Below are positions 8,143 to 15,727 of a stretch of 18,979 nucleotides of DNA, piece after piece (the first letter of the stretch is position 1; each line of letters begins with the position of its first letter). The position numbers and the translations under genes are program-made. The notes beneath the pieces are model-generated. The model saw only the letters and a list, made by a program, of their open reading frames with translations. It did no database searches and was not told where the DNA came from. The DNA is from Chthonomonadales bacterium (GTDB lineage: Bacteria; Armatimonadota; Chthonomonadetes; Chthonomonadales; Chthonomonadaceae). The stretch covers positions 1 to 18,979 of the forward strand of contig JBBQPO010000103.1 of the NCBI GenBank assembly GCA_038217285.1. The letters run 5' to 3'.

Positions 8143-10131
8143 CTACCGACCTTCAGCAAGAATGGAATGATGCGGCGCCCTGGGCGCGGATAGCGATGCC
8201 TGGCGAGGAGCGGCATCAATGGTTTGCAGCAGGGCCAGCATGGCCCAGCAGGTGCCGTTGAAGGAGGAGTACTGGGACTCGCCATGCGGGAAGCCGGCAT
8301 CGAAGTAGTTGTTGCCGGGCGTCGCCCGCTTGTTCACGAACCAGGAGCCGTCTCGGTCCTGTGTGCGCAACAGGGACTGTACCCCTGCCGTATAGACAGG
8401 GTCGGATACCGCCAGGTCTCCGCCGACCTTCAGGGCGTACAGGGCCTGTCCCGTGGCGTAGGCATCGCTCTGCAGCGTGGGAAGCTGCGCCCATCCGCCG
8501 TCCGGGCGCTGTTCGGCACGCAGTTCTGCGATGGCCTTCTCTCTCTCCTGATCGCTCGCACCGGCCCACTTCAGCCCGAGCAGGCGGAACGACCTATCCT
8601 CATTCGTCTTCGCAGGCGCGGTCATCAGCCAGGTTTTCGCACGGCCGACGCGATCAGTGACCTCGGCTGCCGAGGATCGAGGCGCGTAGTCCGCGATAGA
8701 CTTGAGGGACAGTGCCGTGAACGTGAACAGGCTGGACTGCATCGGGACGCGTGGGACGGCGAAATGCCAGTTGCCGTCCGGACCCTGCTGACGCGCCAGC
8801 ACCAGCGCCATCGCGCCTGCCGACGCCGTCCGCGGCTGTTTGTGAGCGGCCATCCCGGCGAGCATCCAGGAATCCCCCGTCGCCACTTCGTCGATTTCGA
8901 TCAGAGGCACATTTTTCATCGCCTCCGGATCCTGCAGAGCCTGCGAGTGCAGAGGCCCCATGGCGTTCACCGCGCCATCGATGCGCTCCCTCTGAGCCCG
9001 CTCGACCTCCAGATCGCGGAGGAAGCCCCGGTCTCGCGCCGCACCGGTGGCGATACGGCCAAGGCCTTCATGATGGCAGGAGATACAGCCGGTCCTCTTG
9101 GTGAACTGCTGCATCGAATACTGGACCAGCTTCAAGCTCGCCTGAACGGCCTCCGTCGCGGTCCGGGTATGGTTCGGAAGGGGTTCGGAAGCGGTGGGTT
9201 TCCCCAACAGGCCGGCGCATTGGCTGTGCCCGCGCGCGACCGCCAGGGCATAGGCGGACCGTTTTGCGGAATCGGTGGCGTTCAGGTCCGCGCCGCCTTT
9301 GAGGAGCGCCTGAATCACTTCCGGATGGTCCCCATAGGTCGCGGTGAGGAGAAGCGCTGTCCGGCCCCCGACCTCCCGGACGTTCGGCTTCGCTCCGTTT
9401 GCGAGCAGGAGCGTTACAAACTCCGTGTGCCCATTGACGGCGGCGTACATCAGGGGTGTCCATCCGCGGCTATCGGCGGCATTGATCGACGCGCCGGCCC
9501 CGAGCAGCAGTTGGCCCACCTCCGTCTGTCCGTCCCGCGCCGCCCAGGACAGCGCGGTGGCGCCGTCGTTGTCTTTCGCGTTTACCGAGACTTTGCGCTT
9601 TAGAAGATCTGCGACGATCGGCACGGCTCCGGCGCGCGAGGCGTACATCAGCACTGTCTCGCCGTCGGCGCGAACCGGGTTGATACCGGCACCGTGCGCC
9701 AACAGAAGATCGTAGACCGGGGGGATTCCACTCTGCGTGGCGAACGTCAGCGCTGTGCCGTACGGGCTGGTGGCATCGATTTTCGCGCCAGCCTGGAGCA
9801 GTGCCTCGATCATATCGGTCTGCCCCGTGGCTGCGGCGATGTAGAGTGGGACAAACGTCAGGCCGTTGCGGGCATTGGGGTCCGCACCGCGTTTCAGCAG
9901 GGAACGCAACTCGGCGAGGTCGCGGCGACCGACCGCCATAAACAGTTCCTGGCCCAGTTTGCCGCGTGCCGGCAACGGAGCCTCGGTACTCAGGCGGGTC
10001 GTGGGCGGGCTCCCCGGCTTATGTTTTGACGGCGCCTGCGCGTAAGTGGTCGCCTGACAGAAGCCGCTAGCCATAATAACGGTGCCTGACAGAAACAGAC
10101 GGGTAAACGTTCGGTTGTGAATTCGGTCCAT
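8143..10131 (-). CDS. Exported ankyrin-repeat protein with CxxCH motif and prenyltransferase/squalene-cyclase-type repeats (662 aa)
   Basis: ATG 10131 follows SD GAGGAGG; signal-peptide-like N-terminus. About 7 ankyrin repeats (G.T.L..AA..G....V..LL..GA..N), CISCH at 9073-9087, and QW-like repeats QQGPDGNW, EQRPDGGW, TQDRDGSW. Confidence 0.88.
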   Translation of the reverse strand: MDRIHNRTFTRLFLSGTVIMASGFCQATTYAQAPSKHKPGSPPTTRLSTEAPLPARGKLGQELFMAVGRRDLAELRSLLKRGADPNARNGLTFVPLYIAAATGQTDMIEALLQAGAKIDATSPYGTALTFATQSGIPPVYDLLLAHGAGINPVRADGETVLMYASRAGAVPIVADLLKRKVSVNAKDNDGATALSWAARDGQTEVGQLLLGAGASINAADSRGWTPLMYAAVNGHTEFVTLLLANGAKPNVREVGGRTALLLTATYGDHPEVIQALLKGGADLNATDSAKRSAYALAVARGHSQCAGLLGKPTASEPLPNHTRTATEAVQASLKLVQYSMQQFTKRTGCISCHHEGLGRIATGAARDRGFLRDLEVERAQRERIDGAVNAMGPLHSQALQDPEAMKNVPLIEIDEVATGDSWMLAGMAAHKQPRTASAGAMALVLARQQGPDGNWHFAVPRVPMQSSLFTFTALSLKSIADYAPRSSAAEVTDRVGRAKTWLMTAPAKTNEDRSFRLLGLKWAGASDQEREKAIAELRAEQRPDGGWAQLPTLQSDAYATGQALYALKVGGDLAVSDPVYTAGVQSLLRTQDRDGSWFVNKRATPGNNYFDAGFPHGESQYSSFNGTCWAMLALLQTIDAAPRQASLSAPRAPHHSILAEGR

Positions 10132-10199
10132 CGAAAGCCTCCTCATTCGTATAACGGAAACGTGCATAGATCGCTGCAATGCCGCATCGATATCCGTAG

Positions 10200-10231
10200 G
10201 TTCACGCCGGTTGACGCCTTCTCCTGCACGA
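10200..10231 (-). promoter_or_regulatory. Putative SigH-like promoter for the ankyrin/DUF1559 unit
   Basis: Minus strand TCGTGCAGGA-N18-GAAC, about 70 nt upstream of ATG 10131. Confidence 0.55.
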
Positions 10232-10310
10232 ATAGTGAACTCTCGCTGGCGCAGAACCGTTCAGATTTTTCGTCACGCTCGCAAAGAGTCCCAACACAGT
10301 GTCGTGCCGT

Positions 10311-11402
10311 TTAGCGTCTCCAGTCCCCCATGTGGAGGAAGGGAGCCCAGTAGTAGGGATGCCGATGCCCCTTCTCTTTCTGCAAACTTAGCGCCGCCGC
10401 CCGAAGAGACTGGCTCTTACCCTCCCCTGCTTTGAGATGGGTGTAGAAGGACCGCATCAACTGAGCGGTCGCCGTATCGTCCACGCTCCATTGGCTCACC
10501 ACCTGTGTCGGCACGCCCGCTACGAAGAAAGCCCAACTCAAACCCACCATCCCCTCGCCTGTTCGAATACTGCCGCGACCCGTGTTGCAGGCCGAGAGCG
10601 TCACCAGATCCGCCTGAAGCTGCAGGTCGAACACCTCTTCCAACGGCGGGCATTCCTCTGTGCAGAAGAGGAACCGACTCACCCGAGGATCGCGCTTGTT
10701 GTCCTCTGCGCCATGGCGAGTTACGCGCAGCAGCGAAACCGTGATATGACGTGCCTCCTGGAAATGCAATCCGTCCCAACGATCTACTTCCAGCCCCTTC
10801 CCCTTGTCATCTGTGCCAGGCTGCGGTTTGCCATCCAGCGTCCACTGGTCCCACGGTCGCAAATCGAGCATCGCTTCGGCGAAAAACGCGCCTACGTCCG
10901 GGTCGGTTGGATGCGCAGCCCAAACCTTGCGCATCTCATTGGCGTCCGCAAGATCCAGACCGGCTCGGTCCTCCATCTGTGGCTTGGCGTACCTTACGCC
11001 AAGCGCAGCAATCAGGTCCTTTTCGACGGCAGAGGAGTTGGTCGCGCACTCCGTGGCAAGCTTGAGCTCCTTCCAGGCAAGCGCAACCGCAGGCAGTGGT
11101 ACCATTGGAAAGTTGATGTGCGGGCCGGACGCCACGGCGATAGCCCAGTGCGCCAGGGCACACTGTGGATCTATCTGCTCCGCCTCACGAAACGACCGGA
11201 TGGCGGCTCCATGATTGAACCCGTGCAGAAAGGCGAGCCCTTGATTGAAATACCGCTGAGCGAGTGGAGAACTTGTAGTTATGTGCCGTTTATACGTGCC
11301 GAGGCCCTGGTAAAAGGGCTCCAATGCCTGGCAGACGCCACAGCTTACAGATAATACGGAACCCGCCGCAAACATAATACCAAGAGACTTCAAACTCCCC
11401 AT
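10311..11402 (-). CDS. Chimeric ORF: N-terminal part of a secreted TPR-like protein joined in frame to the C-terminal part of a CHAT domain (363 aa); possibly a pseudogene
   Basis: ATG 11402 follows GGAGGG. Signal peptide, then AQRYFNQGL..LHGFNH..AIRSF...DPQCALAHWA..GPHIN..LRPWDQW. CHAT motifs DLVTLSACNTG.G....GEG..GL..AF..AG...VVSQWSVDD...FY...HPYYWAPF...GDW. Confidence 0.75.
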   Translation of the reverse strand: MGSLKSLGIMFAAGSVLSVSCGVCQALEPFYQGLGTYKRHITTSSPLAQRYFNQGLAFLHGFNHGAAIRSFREAEQIDPQCALAHWAIAVASGPHINFPMVPLPAVALAWKELKLATECATNSSAVEKDLIAALGVRYAKPQMEDRAGLDLADANEMRKVWAAHPTDPDVGAFFAEAMLDLRPWDQWTLDGKPQPGTDDKGKGLEVDRWDGLHFQEARHITVSLLRVTRHGAEDNKRDPRVSRFLFCTEECPPLEEVFDLQLQADLVTLSACNTGRGSIRTGEGMVGLSWAFFVAGVPTQVVSQWSVDDTATAQLMRSFYTHLKAGEGKSQSLRAAALSLQKEKGHRHPYYWAPFLHMGDWRR

Positions 11403-11633
11403 GCAATCCCTCCATGTCGCCAACGCATCAGGGCTGCGCCACGAGGCTCGTGAACAGGTTCCAGTCGCCAGCGAACGAATGAGTATCTGCATTAGGCAAC
11501 GCCCAATAATAATCGCCTGAAGTTTTTGCATCAGATGCGGTCAAACCTGCGTTTGAAATCCAGCGGCAATTGTTGCGCGTTGCCTTAGTCTCCTCCATCG
11601 ACAGATTTCAGTGTTACATGTTCTGCCTTTGCT

Positions 11634-11665
11634 ATTCGGACGTCTTTTTCAGGTTTCCTGCACGA
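11634..11665 (-). promoter_or_regulatory. Putative SigH-like promoter upstream of the TPR::CHAT gene
   Basis: Minus strand TCGTGCAGGA-N18-GAAT; the first 10 nt are identical to the 10222-10231 site. Confidence 0.55.
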
Positions 11666-11781
11666 TTTCGAGAATACCTAACAAAGAGCGGAAGACGCCT
11701 TTGATGCAAAGGCGAAACCGGCGCTATAGACCCAGCGGAACGTCTGGGCCGGATCGTTGGGATCCTGCTGGCAGCAGATCT

Positions 11782-11810
11782 TTCACCACGTCGTTCCTTT
11801 GTGCTAAAAT
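11782..11810 (+). promoter_or_regulatory. Extended -10 sigma70 promoter
   Basis: TTCACC-N17-TAAAAT with TGTG upstream of the -10 (TGTGCTAAAAT, 11800-11810). Confidence 0.6.
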
Positions 11811-11873
11811 AGTTCGTTCCGCCTCCTGTGAAAGCAGGAGCGGCAATAAGATGCTGCGGGAGAAGGAAGAACT

Positions 11874-14420
11874 ATGGCAACGCTGGCAGAAGCCCTCTAT
11901 GCACAACCGACGGAACGTCTGCGCGAACTAGTGACGGCCCGCAATATCGATATGAAGCGCATTGCCCTCGCGCCGGACAAACGTCAACTCGTGCAGTTGT
12001 TGACCGCCGAACTGACGCGTCCGCAGTCGCTGAACGCCGCTGCGCTGCAGTGCAATGCGCGAGAGCTGCGCCTCCTACAGATCATGGTCTCGCAGGAGAC
12101 CGCATCGGGGCTGACGTGGAGGCGCGTGGTCGATGCGGTCGGTAGCACGGACCTGGAGCCGGCTCTTGGTCGCGTCCTGGCGGGATTGACGCGGCTGGGC
12201 TTAGCTTTCCGAGTCGGGCAGAACGTCTTCGTTCCGGATGCGGTACGCCATCAGATCCCGCAGTCGCTTTCCGACCGCTACACCCTCGAACGTCTGCTCA
12301 CCATGTACGATGCGCCCGCTCTCAAACGCGTCACCGAAAATCTCGGCTTTCGCTCCGGCACAAAAGCGAACAACGTTGAAGCTATTCTCAAGGCTCTGCT
12401 GGCCCCAAACGCTCTCGTCCAACTGGGAACACCGCTGACCATCGACGAGCGCCGGGTTCTGGAGTATCTGATTCAGGTGGGCGGAGACGCCCTCCCTACG
12501 GAGGTCGCGGCCGAAGTGTTGGGAGGGAAGACCGACGAGTTTTTCCGTTACGACTGGCAGAACCGCTGGAAGATGGGGCGCGAACGCAATGCTGTAGACA
12601 CCCTGCTCGCGCGCGGCCTACTGTTCGTGCTCTCGCCCACCTATGGCTACAACTTGATTCTGGTCATTCCGGGCGACCTCTTGCGTGCGCTGACCGGAGC
12701 GGATCGCTCCGGCTTCTGGACGGAAGCCGCCCCCGCTCCGAAACTGCTCGCACAGCCGCCCATTCAACCGAAGCGGCATACGGCGCTGATCCGCGACATC
12801 GTCTCCCTGCTCGGCTTCCTGGGGACACAGGAGGCCGCCCGTACCAACACCGGCCATATTCACAAGACCGCCCTCAAGCACGCGGCCCGCACCTTTACGC
12901 TGCAGGAAGATCGGTATGCCTCCTTTGTCTACTCCCTCTGCCGGGAGGCGCACCTGATCGCACCCTACGGCGAAAAGCAGAGCTATGCGATGACCGAGGC
13001 AGGCGGGAAATGGCTGCACCTCAGCACACGGGAGCAGCAGCAGGCTCTCTTCACCGCATGGCGCAACGGGACGACCTGGGGAGAAATGTTCACCGAGCCG
13101 CTGCAAAAAACCAACGCCTACCGCTCGAAGGAGATCATGGCGGGCATTCGCTATGCGGCCCTGCGCCTGGTGACGGCCAGCGCAGTGACAGAGTTCGTGG
13201 ACATCGTCTCTCTGACCGACGCGCTCTCCTTTGGTTCGCCGCTGCTGCTGGTCGAAACGGCCCAGCACGGCCATCTAGTCGCCTCCCCGCTCGTCTTCAC
13301 ACGCCTGATGATCGGGGAGTGCCTCTACTGGCTGGGGTTGGCGGATATGGCGGGACCGGAGGCGGGCACACTCACCGAGATGCCGGGACCGCCGGAAGCG
13401 CAAGGCGGTAAGGTGGCGGCCGGACGGGGCGAGGTGATGGCGAAGAGCGCGATTCCCGTCTTCACCGGGTTTCGCCTGACGCCTGCCGGCGCGAATCTGT
13501 TGGAAGCGCCAAACAGCGCGCCGCTGCCGGAAGAGCCACGCGAAGACAAGTTCATCGTGCAGGCGAACGCTGAGATCTTTGTCCCGCCCTACCTGGCGCC
13601 GGAAATCTTCTACCACCTGCTGACCCTGACCGACATTCCCGCCAAGGGCGCCATCGGCAACACGGTCCATCTGACCCGCGATTCGATCCGCCGCCTGCTG
13701 GATCGCGGCGCGACGGTGCGTGACATCCTGGCCTTCCTGCAGGCTCATGCCCGTACCGGTATTCCGCAGAACGTCGAATATCTCATCAATGAGGTTGGCG
13801 GTAAGCACGGGCATATCCGTGTCGGCAAGGCGTATACCTATCTCCAGGTCGATTCGCCGCTCCTGCTGAAAGAGTTGCAGGCGCGGCGGGAAATCAAAGG
13901 GATCTTCGTCCGGACGCTCAGCGATACCGTCGCCATCTTGAAAACGGAAGACCCCGAAATCGTGCTGCGCGACCTGCGCAAAGCGGGCTATCTGCCTGTC
14001 AACGACGATTCGGCCCTCCGCAATCCTCTGCAAAGTCTCAAGTCTCCGGAGGAACCCCCCGCCGGGTCTGCGGCCACCTCCGCCACCTCTGCAGGCCGCA
14101 GTGTGAGAACCGTTCTGCCCCCCTCGACGCTCGACTGGGAGCGCATCGCCCGCGACGACGACAAGCCCTGGAGCGCCACCGGCGGATTCACCAACGTCTT
14201 GCCGCCGGACGCCGTCCAGGGGAAACTGCCGATCACCAACCTGATTCGCGAGGCGATCATCAGCGAACGCGCTGTGCAGTTCGTTCAGGACGGCATGCCG
14301 GAGCCCCAAACGCTGGTCCCTACCCAAATCTACGGCAACTTCCTGCAGGGCATCGACCCCATCGATGAAGGCTATGTGACCCACAACATCAATCTATTGA
14401 CCTGGGCGCGCCTGCTCTGA
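11874..14420 (+). CDS. Helicase-associated domain protein (Helicase_C_3, XPB-partner/p52-like) with WYL-like C-terminus, 848 aa
   Basis: KFIVQANAEIFVP...LTRDSIRRLLDRG.TVRDILAFLQ.H.RTGIPQNVEYLINE...GHIRV matches the Helicase_C_3 pattern. Terminal IREAIISERAVQF...TLVP.......LQG.D......H.....I/L resembles a degenerate WYL. No Walker motifs. Confidence 0.85.
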   Translation: MATLAEALYAQPTERLRELVTARNIDMKRIALAPDKRQLVQLLTAELTRPQSLNAAALQCNARELRLLQIMVSQETASGLTWRRVVDAVGSTDLEPALGRVLAGLTRLGLAFRVGQNVFVPDAVRHQIPQSLSDRYTLERLLTMYDAPALKRVTENLGFRSGTKANNVEAILKALLAPNALVQLGTPLTIDERRVLEYLIQVGGDALPTEVAAEVLGGKTDEFFRYDWQNRWKMGRERNAVDTLLARGLLFVLSPTYGYNLILVIPGDLLRALTGADRSGFWTEAAPAPKLLAQPPIQPKRHTALIRDIVSLLGFLGTQEAARTNTGHIHKTALKHAARTFTLQEDRYASFVYSLCREAHLIAPYGEKQSYAMTEAGGKWLHLSTREQQQALFTAWRNGTTWGEMFTEPLQKTNAYRSKEIMAGIRYAALRLVTASAVTEFVDIVSLTDALSFGSPLLLVETAQHGHLVASPLVFTRLMIGECLYWLGLADMAGPEAGTLTEMPGPPEAQGGKVAAGRGEVMAKSAIPVFTGFRLTPAGANLLEAPNSAPLPEEPREDKFIVQANAEIFVPPYLAPEIFYHLLTLTDIPAKGAIGNTVHLTRDSIRRLLDRGATVRDILAFLQAHARTGIPQNVEYLINEVGGKHGHIRVGKAYTYLQVDSPLLLKELQARREIKGIFVRTLSDTVAILKTEDPEIVLRDLRKAGYLPVNDDSALRNPLQSLKSPEEPPAGSAATSATSAGRSVRTVLPPSTLDWERIARDDDKPWSATGGFTNVLPPDAVQGKLPITNLIREAIISERAVQFVQDGMPEPQTLVPTQIYGNFLQGIDPIDEGYVTHNINLLTWARLL

Positions 14421-14476
14421 ACACTTCGTGGCCGCCGCGAGAGGCATGCGACCCTACCTGAAGACCGCCGCTGAAC

Positions 14477-14504
14477 CTGTTTGGACGCTGAACCGTCCAA
14501 ACAG
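14477..14504 (+). terminator. Stem-loop downstream of the helicase-associated gene
   Basis: Perfect 11-bp inverted repeat CTGTTTGGACG-CTGAAC-CGTCCAAACAG; the T-runs are displaced a few nt downstream. Confidence 0.45.
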
Positions 14505-14555
14505 AAAGGCGATTTTCTCATTTTCCGCCGCGAAGCGATGCGAAACTCGTAAAGT

Positions 14556-14566
14556 TGTGTTACAAT
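14556..14566 (+). promoter_or_regulatory. Extended -10 element for the second DUF1559 gene
   Basis: TGTGTTACAAT, the same TGTGY-TAMAAT pattern as at 3058 and 11800. Confidence 0.55.
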
Positions 14567-14603
14567 GAGAGGCTGTCCTAAAAGGGGGTGCAGTTCCGAC
14601 CTC

Positions 14604-15335
14604 ATGAAGGAGTTTAAGCAGACAGAGCGAACTATCGGTAGGAGAGGCTATCGCCGTAGTCGGGCAGGGTTTACGCTGATCGAACTGCTCGTCGTCATCG
14701 CGATTATCGCCATTCTGGCCGCTATTCTGTTTCCCGTGTTCGCACAGGCGCGGGAGAAGGCGCGACAGACGGCCTGTCTCTCGAATGTCCGGCAAATGGG
14801 CTTCGCCGTAACGATGTATACGCAGGACTACGACGAGACCTTTCCGCTTGCCGCGACTGCCACACCCCAGGGTTTCCTGAACTGGCACCATCTGACGGAT
14901 CCTTACGTAAAGAATAAACAGGTCTGGATCTGCCCGAGCGCAAACCTGCCGATACGGGACGGTCTGGGCAATCTAAGCTGCCACTACGGATTCAACACGT
15001 ACTATCTGAATGTCGGTATCAACGTCTTCAACATCTTTTCGTTGAACAACGCCGCGGGCGTCACGCTCGCAGCGGTCGCCGATCCGTCCCGCACCGTCAT
15101 GCTGGCGGACTGCAGAGGCGTGGACGGGTATAAGACACCCAGTCATCTCAGCTCCTATCTGTTGCCGCCGTCACAGCCGCCTGGTAAACTCGGGGCGGAC
15201 TACTGGGGACGCCCCGATCCGCGGCATGCACAGGGCGTGGTGGCAGAACTTCTGGACGGGCACGCGAAGTGGTTTCGACCGGGCGGGTTCTATAGCGGTC
15301 AGACGCCGCCGGACGACTGGTTCGATCTACTGTAG
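14604..15335 (+). CDS. Prepilin-type N-terminal cleavage/methylation protein, DUF1559-like, H-X9-DG motif (about 243 aa)
   Basis: [68 protein letters not shown]. Start uncertain; the track's ATG 14565 overlaps the -10 box. Confidence 0.92.
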   Translation: MKEFKQTERTIGRRGYRRSRAGFTLIELLVVIAIIAILAAILFPVFAQAREKARQTACLSNVRQMGFAVTMYTQDYDETFPLAATATPQGFLNWHHLTDPYVKNKQVWICPSANLPIRDGLGNLSCHYGFNTYYLNVGINVFNIFSLNNAAGVTLAAVADPSRTVMLADCRGVDGYKTPSHLSSYLLPPSQPPGKLGADYWGRPDPRHAQGVVAELLDGHAKWFRPGGFYSGQTPPDDWFDLL

Positions 15336-15502
15336 GCAGAGGACCGGGCCTGCCTCCTGCATTTTGGGGAGAGGCACGACCTCTTGAAAAGAGGCGTCAG
15401 CGGACATTTCCGAATGTCTGCACAGCGCATGCAACTTTCCACAGCGCACCTCGGTCAATTAGGTGAAAGCGATGGGAAAAGGGCGTATCGGGTTATAGAG
15501 TT

Positions 15503-15634
15503 TGTTATCCTTGAAAGAGAGGAAGTCCACAGGGGTTTTGTCGTTCGACAACAACTTTCTCTGTTCAGGCGGGTTCCACCCGCCGGCACGGAAGAAAAAC
15601 TGTGTGACCCCGTGATTACGGGGTCTGTTTTATT
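15503..15634 (+). ncRNA. Candidate structured leader/attenuator or small RNA upstream of the sigma factor
   Basis: TG-n-TATCCT extended -10 (15503-15511), then consecutive stems: 15518-15526/15554-15562 (inner hairpin 15538-15551), 15568-15584, 15586-15605, and a terminator at 15606-15634. Confidence 0.4.
15606..15634 (+). terminator. Intrinsic terminator about 95 nt upstream of the sigma factor start
   Basis: GACCCCGT-GATT-ACGGGGTC perfect 8-bp stem followed by TGTTTTATT. Confidence 0.7.
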
Positions 15635-15727
15635 CAATCCCGCATGTCGCGCCGATAAAAGGTGCAGACGCGGGAGACACAGAGCGCGAACGACGATCTC
15701 TGTTCGGTAGTGAGAAGGGAGGGCGCG

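Noticed and set aside
8143-9100. Squalene-hopene cyclase call
   Set aside because: Only one barrel's worth of QW-like repeats, no DxDD motif, and an exported ankyrin-containing architecture.
11761-11780. Near-palindrome GATCCTGCTGGCAGCAGATC upstream of the -35 box
   Set aside because: Single imperfect occurrence with no second copy or candidate regulator; cannot be distinguished from chance.
10311-14420. CHAT protease plus WYL-like gene as an anti-phage or Craspase-type system
   Set aside because: The genes are divergent with separate promoters, the CHAT domain is truncated and follows a signal peptide, and there are no cas genes, arrays or effector genes in the window.
15416-15531. DnaA-box-like words (CTTTCCACA, AAGTCCACA, TTATCCTTG) and a CACAGCGCA direct repeat
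   Set aside because: At best 7/9 matches to TTATCCACA, no AT-rich unwinding element and no dnaA context; not credible as an origin.
15566-15590. GCGGGTTCCACCCGCCGGCAC resembling a tRNA/tmRNA T-arm or attachment-site remnant
   Set aside because: Lacks the 7-nt TTCRANY loop, the CCA end and a matching acceptor stem; no integrase nearby.
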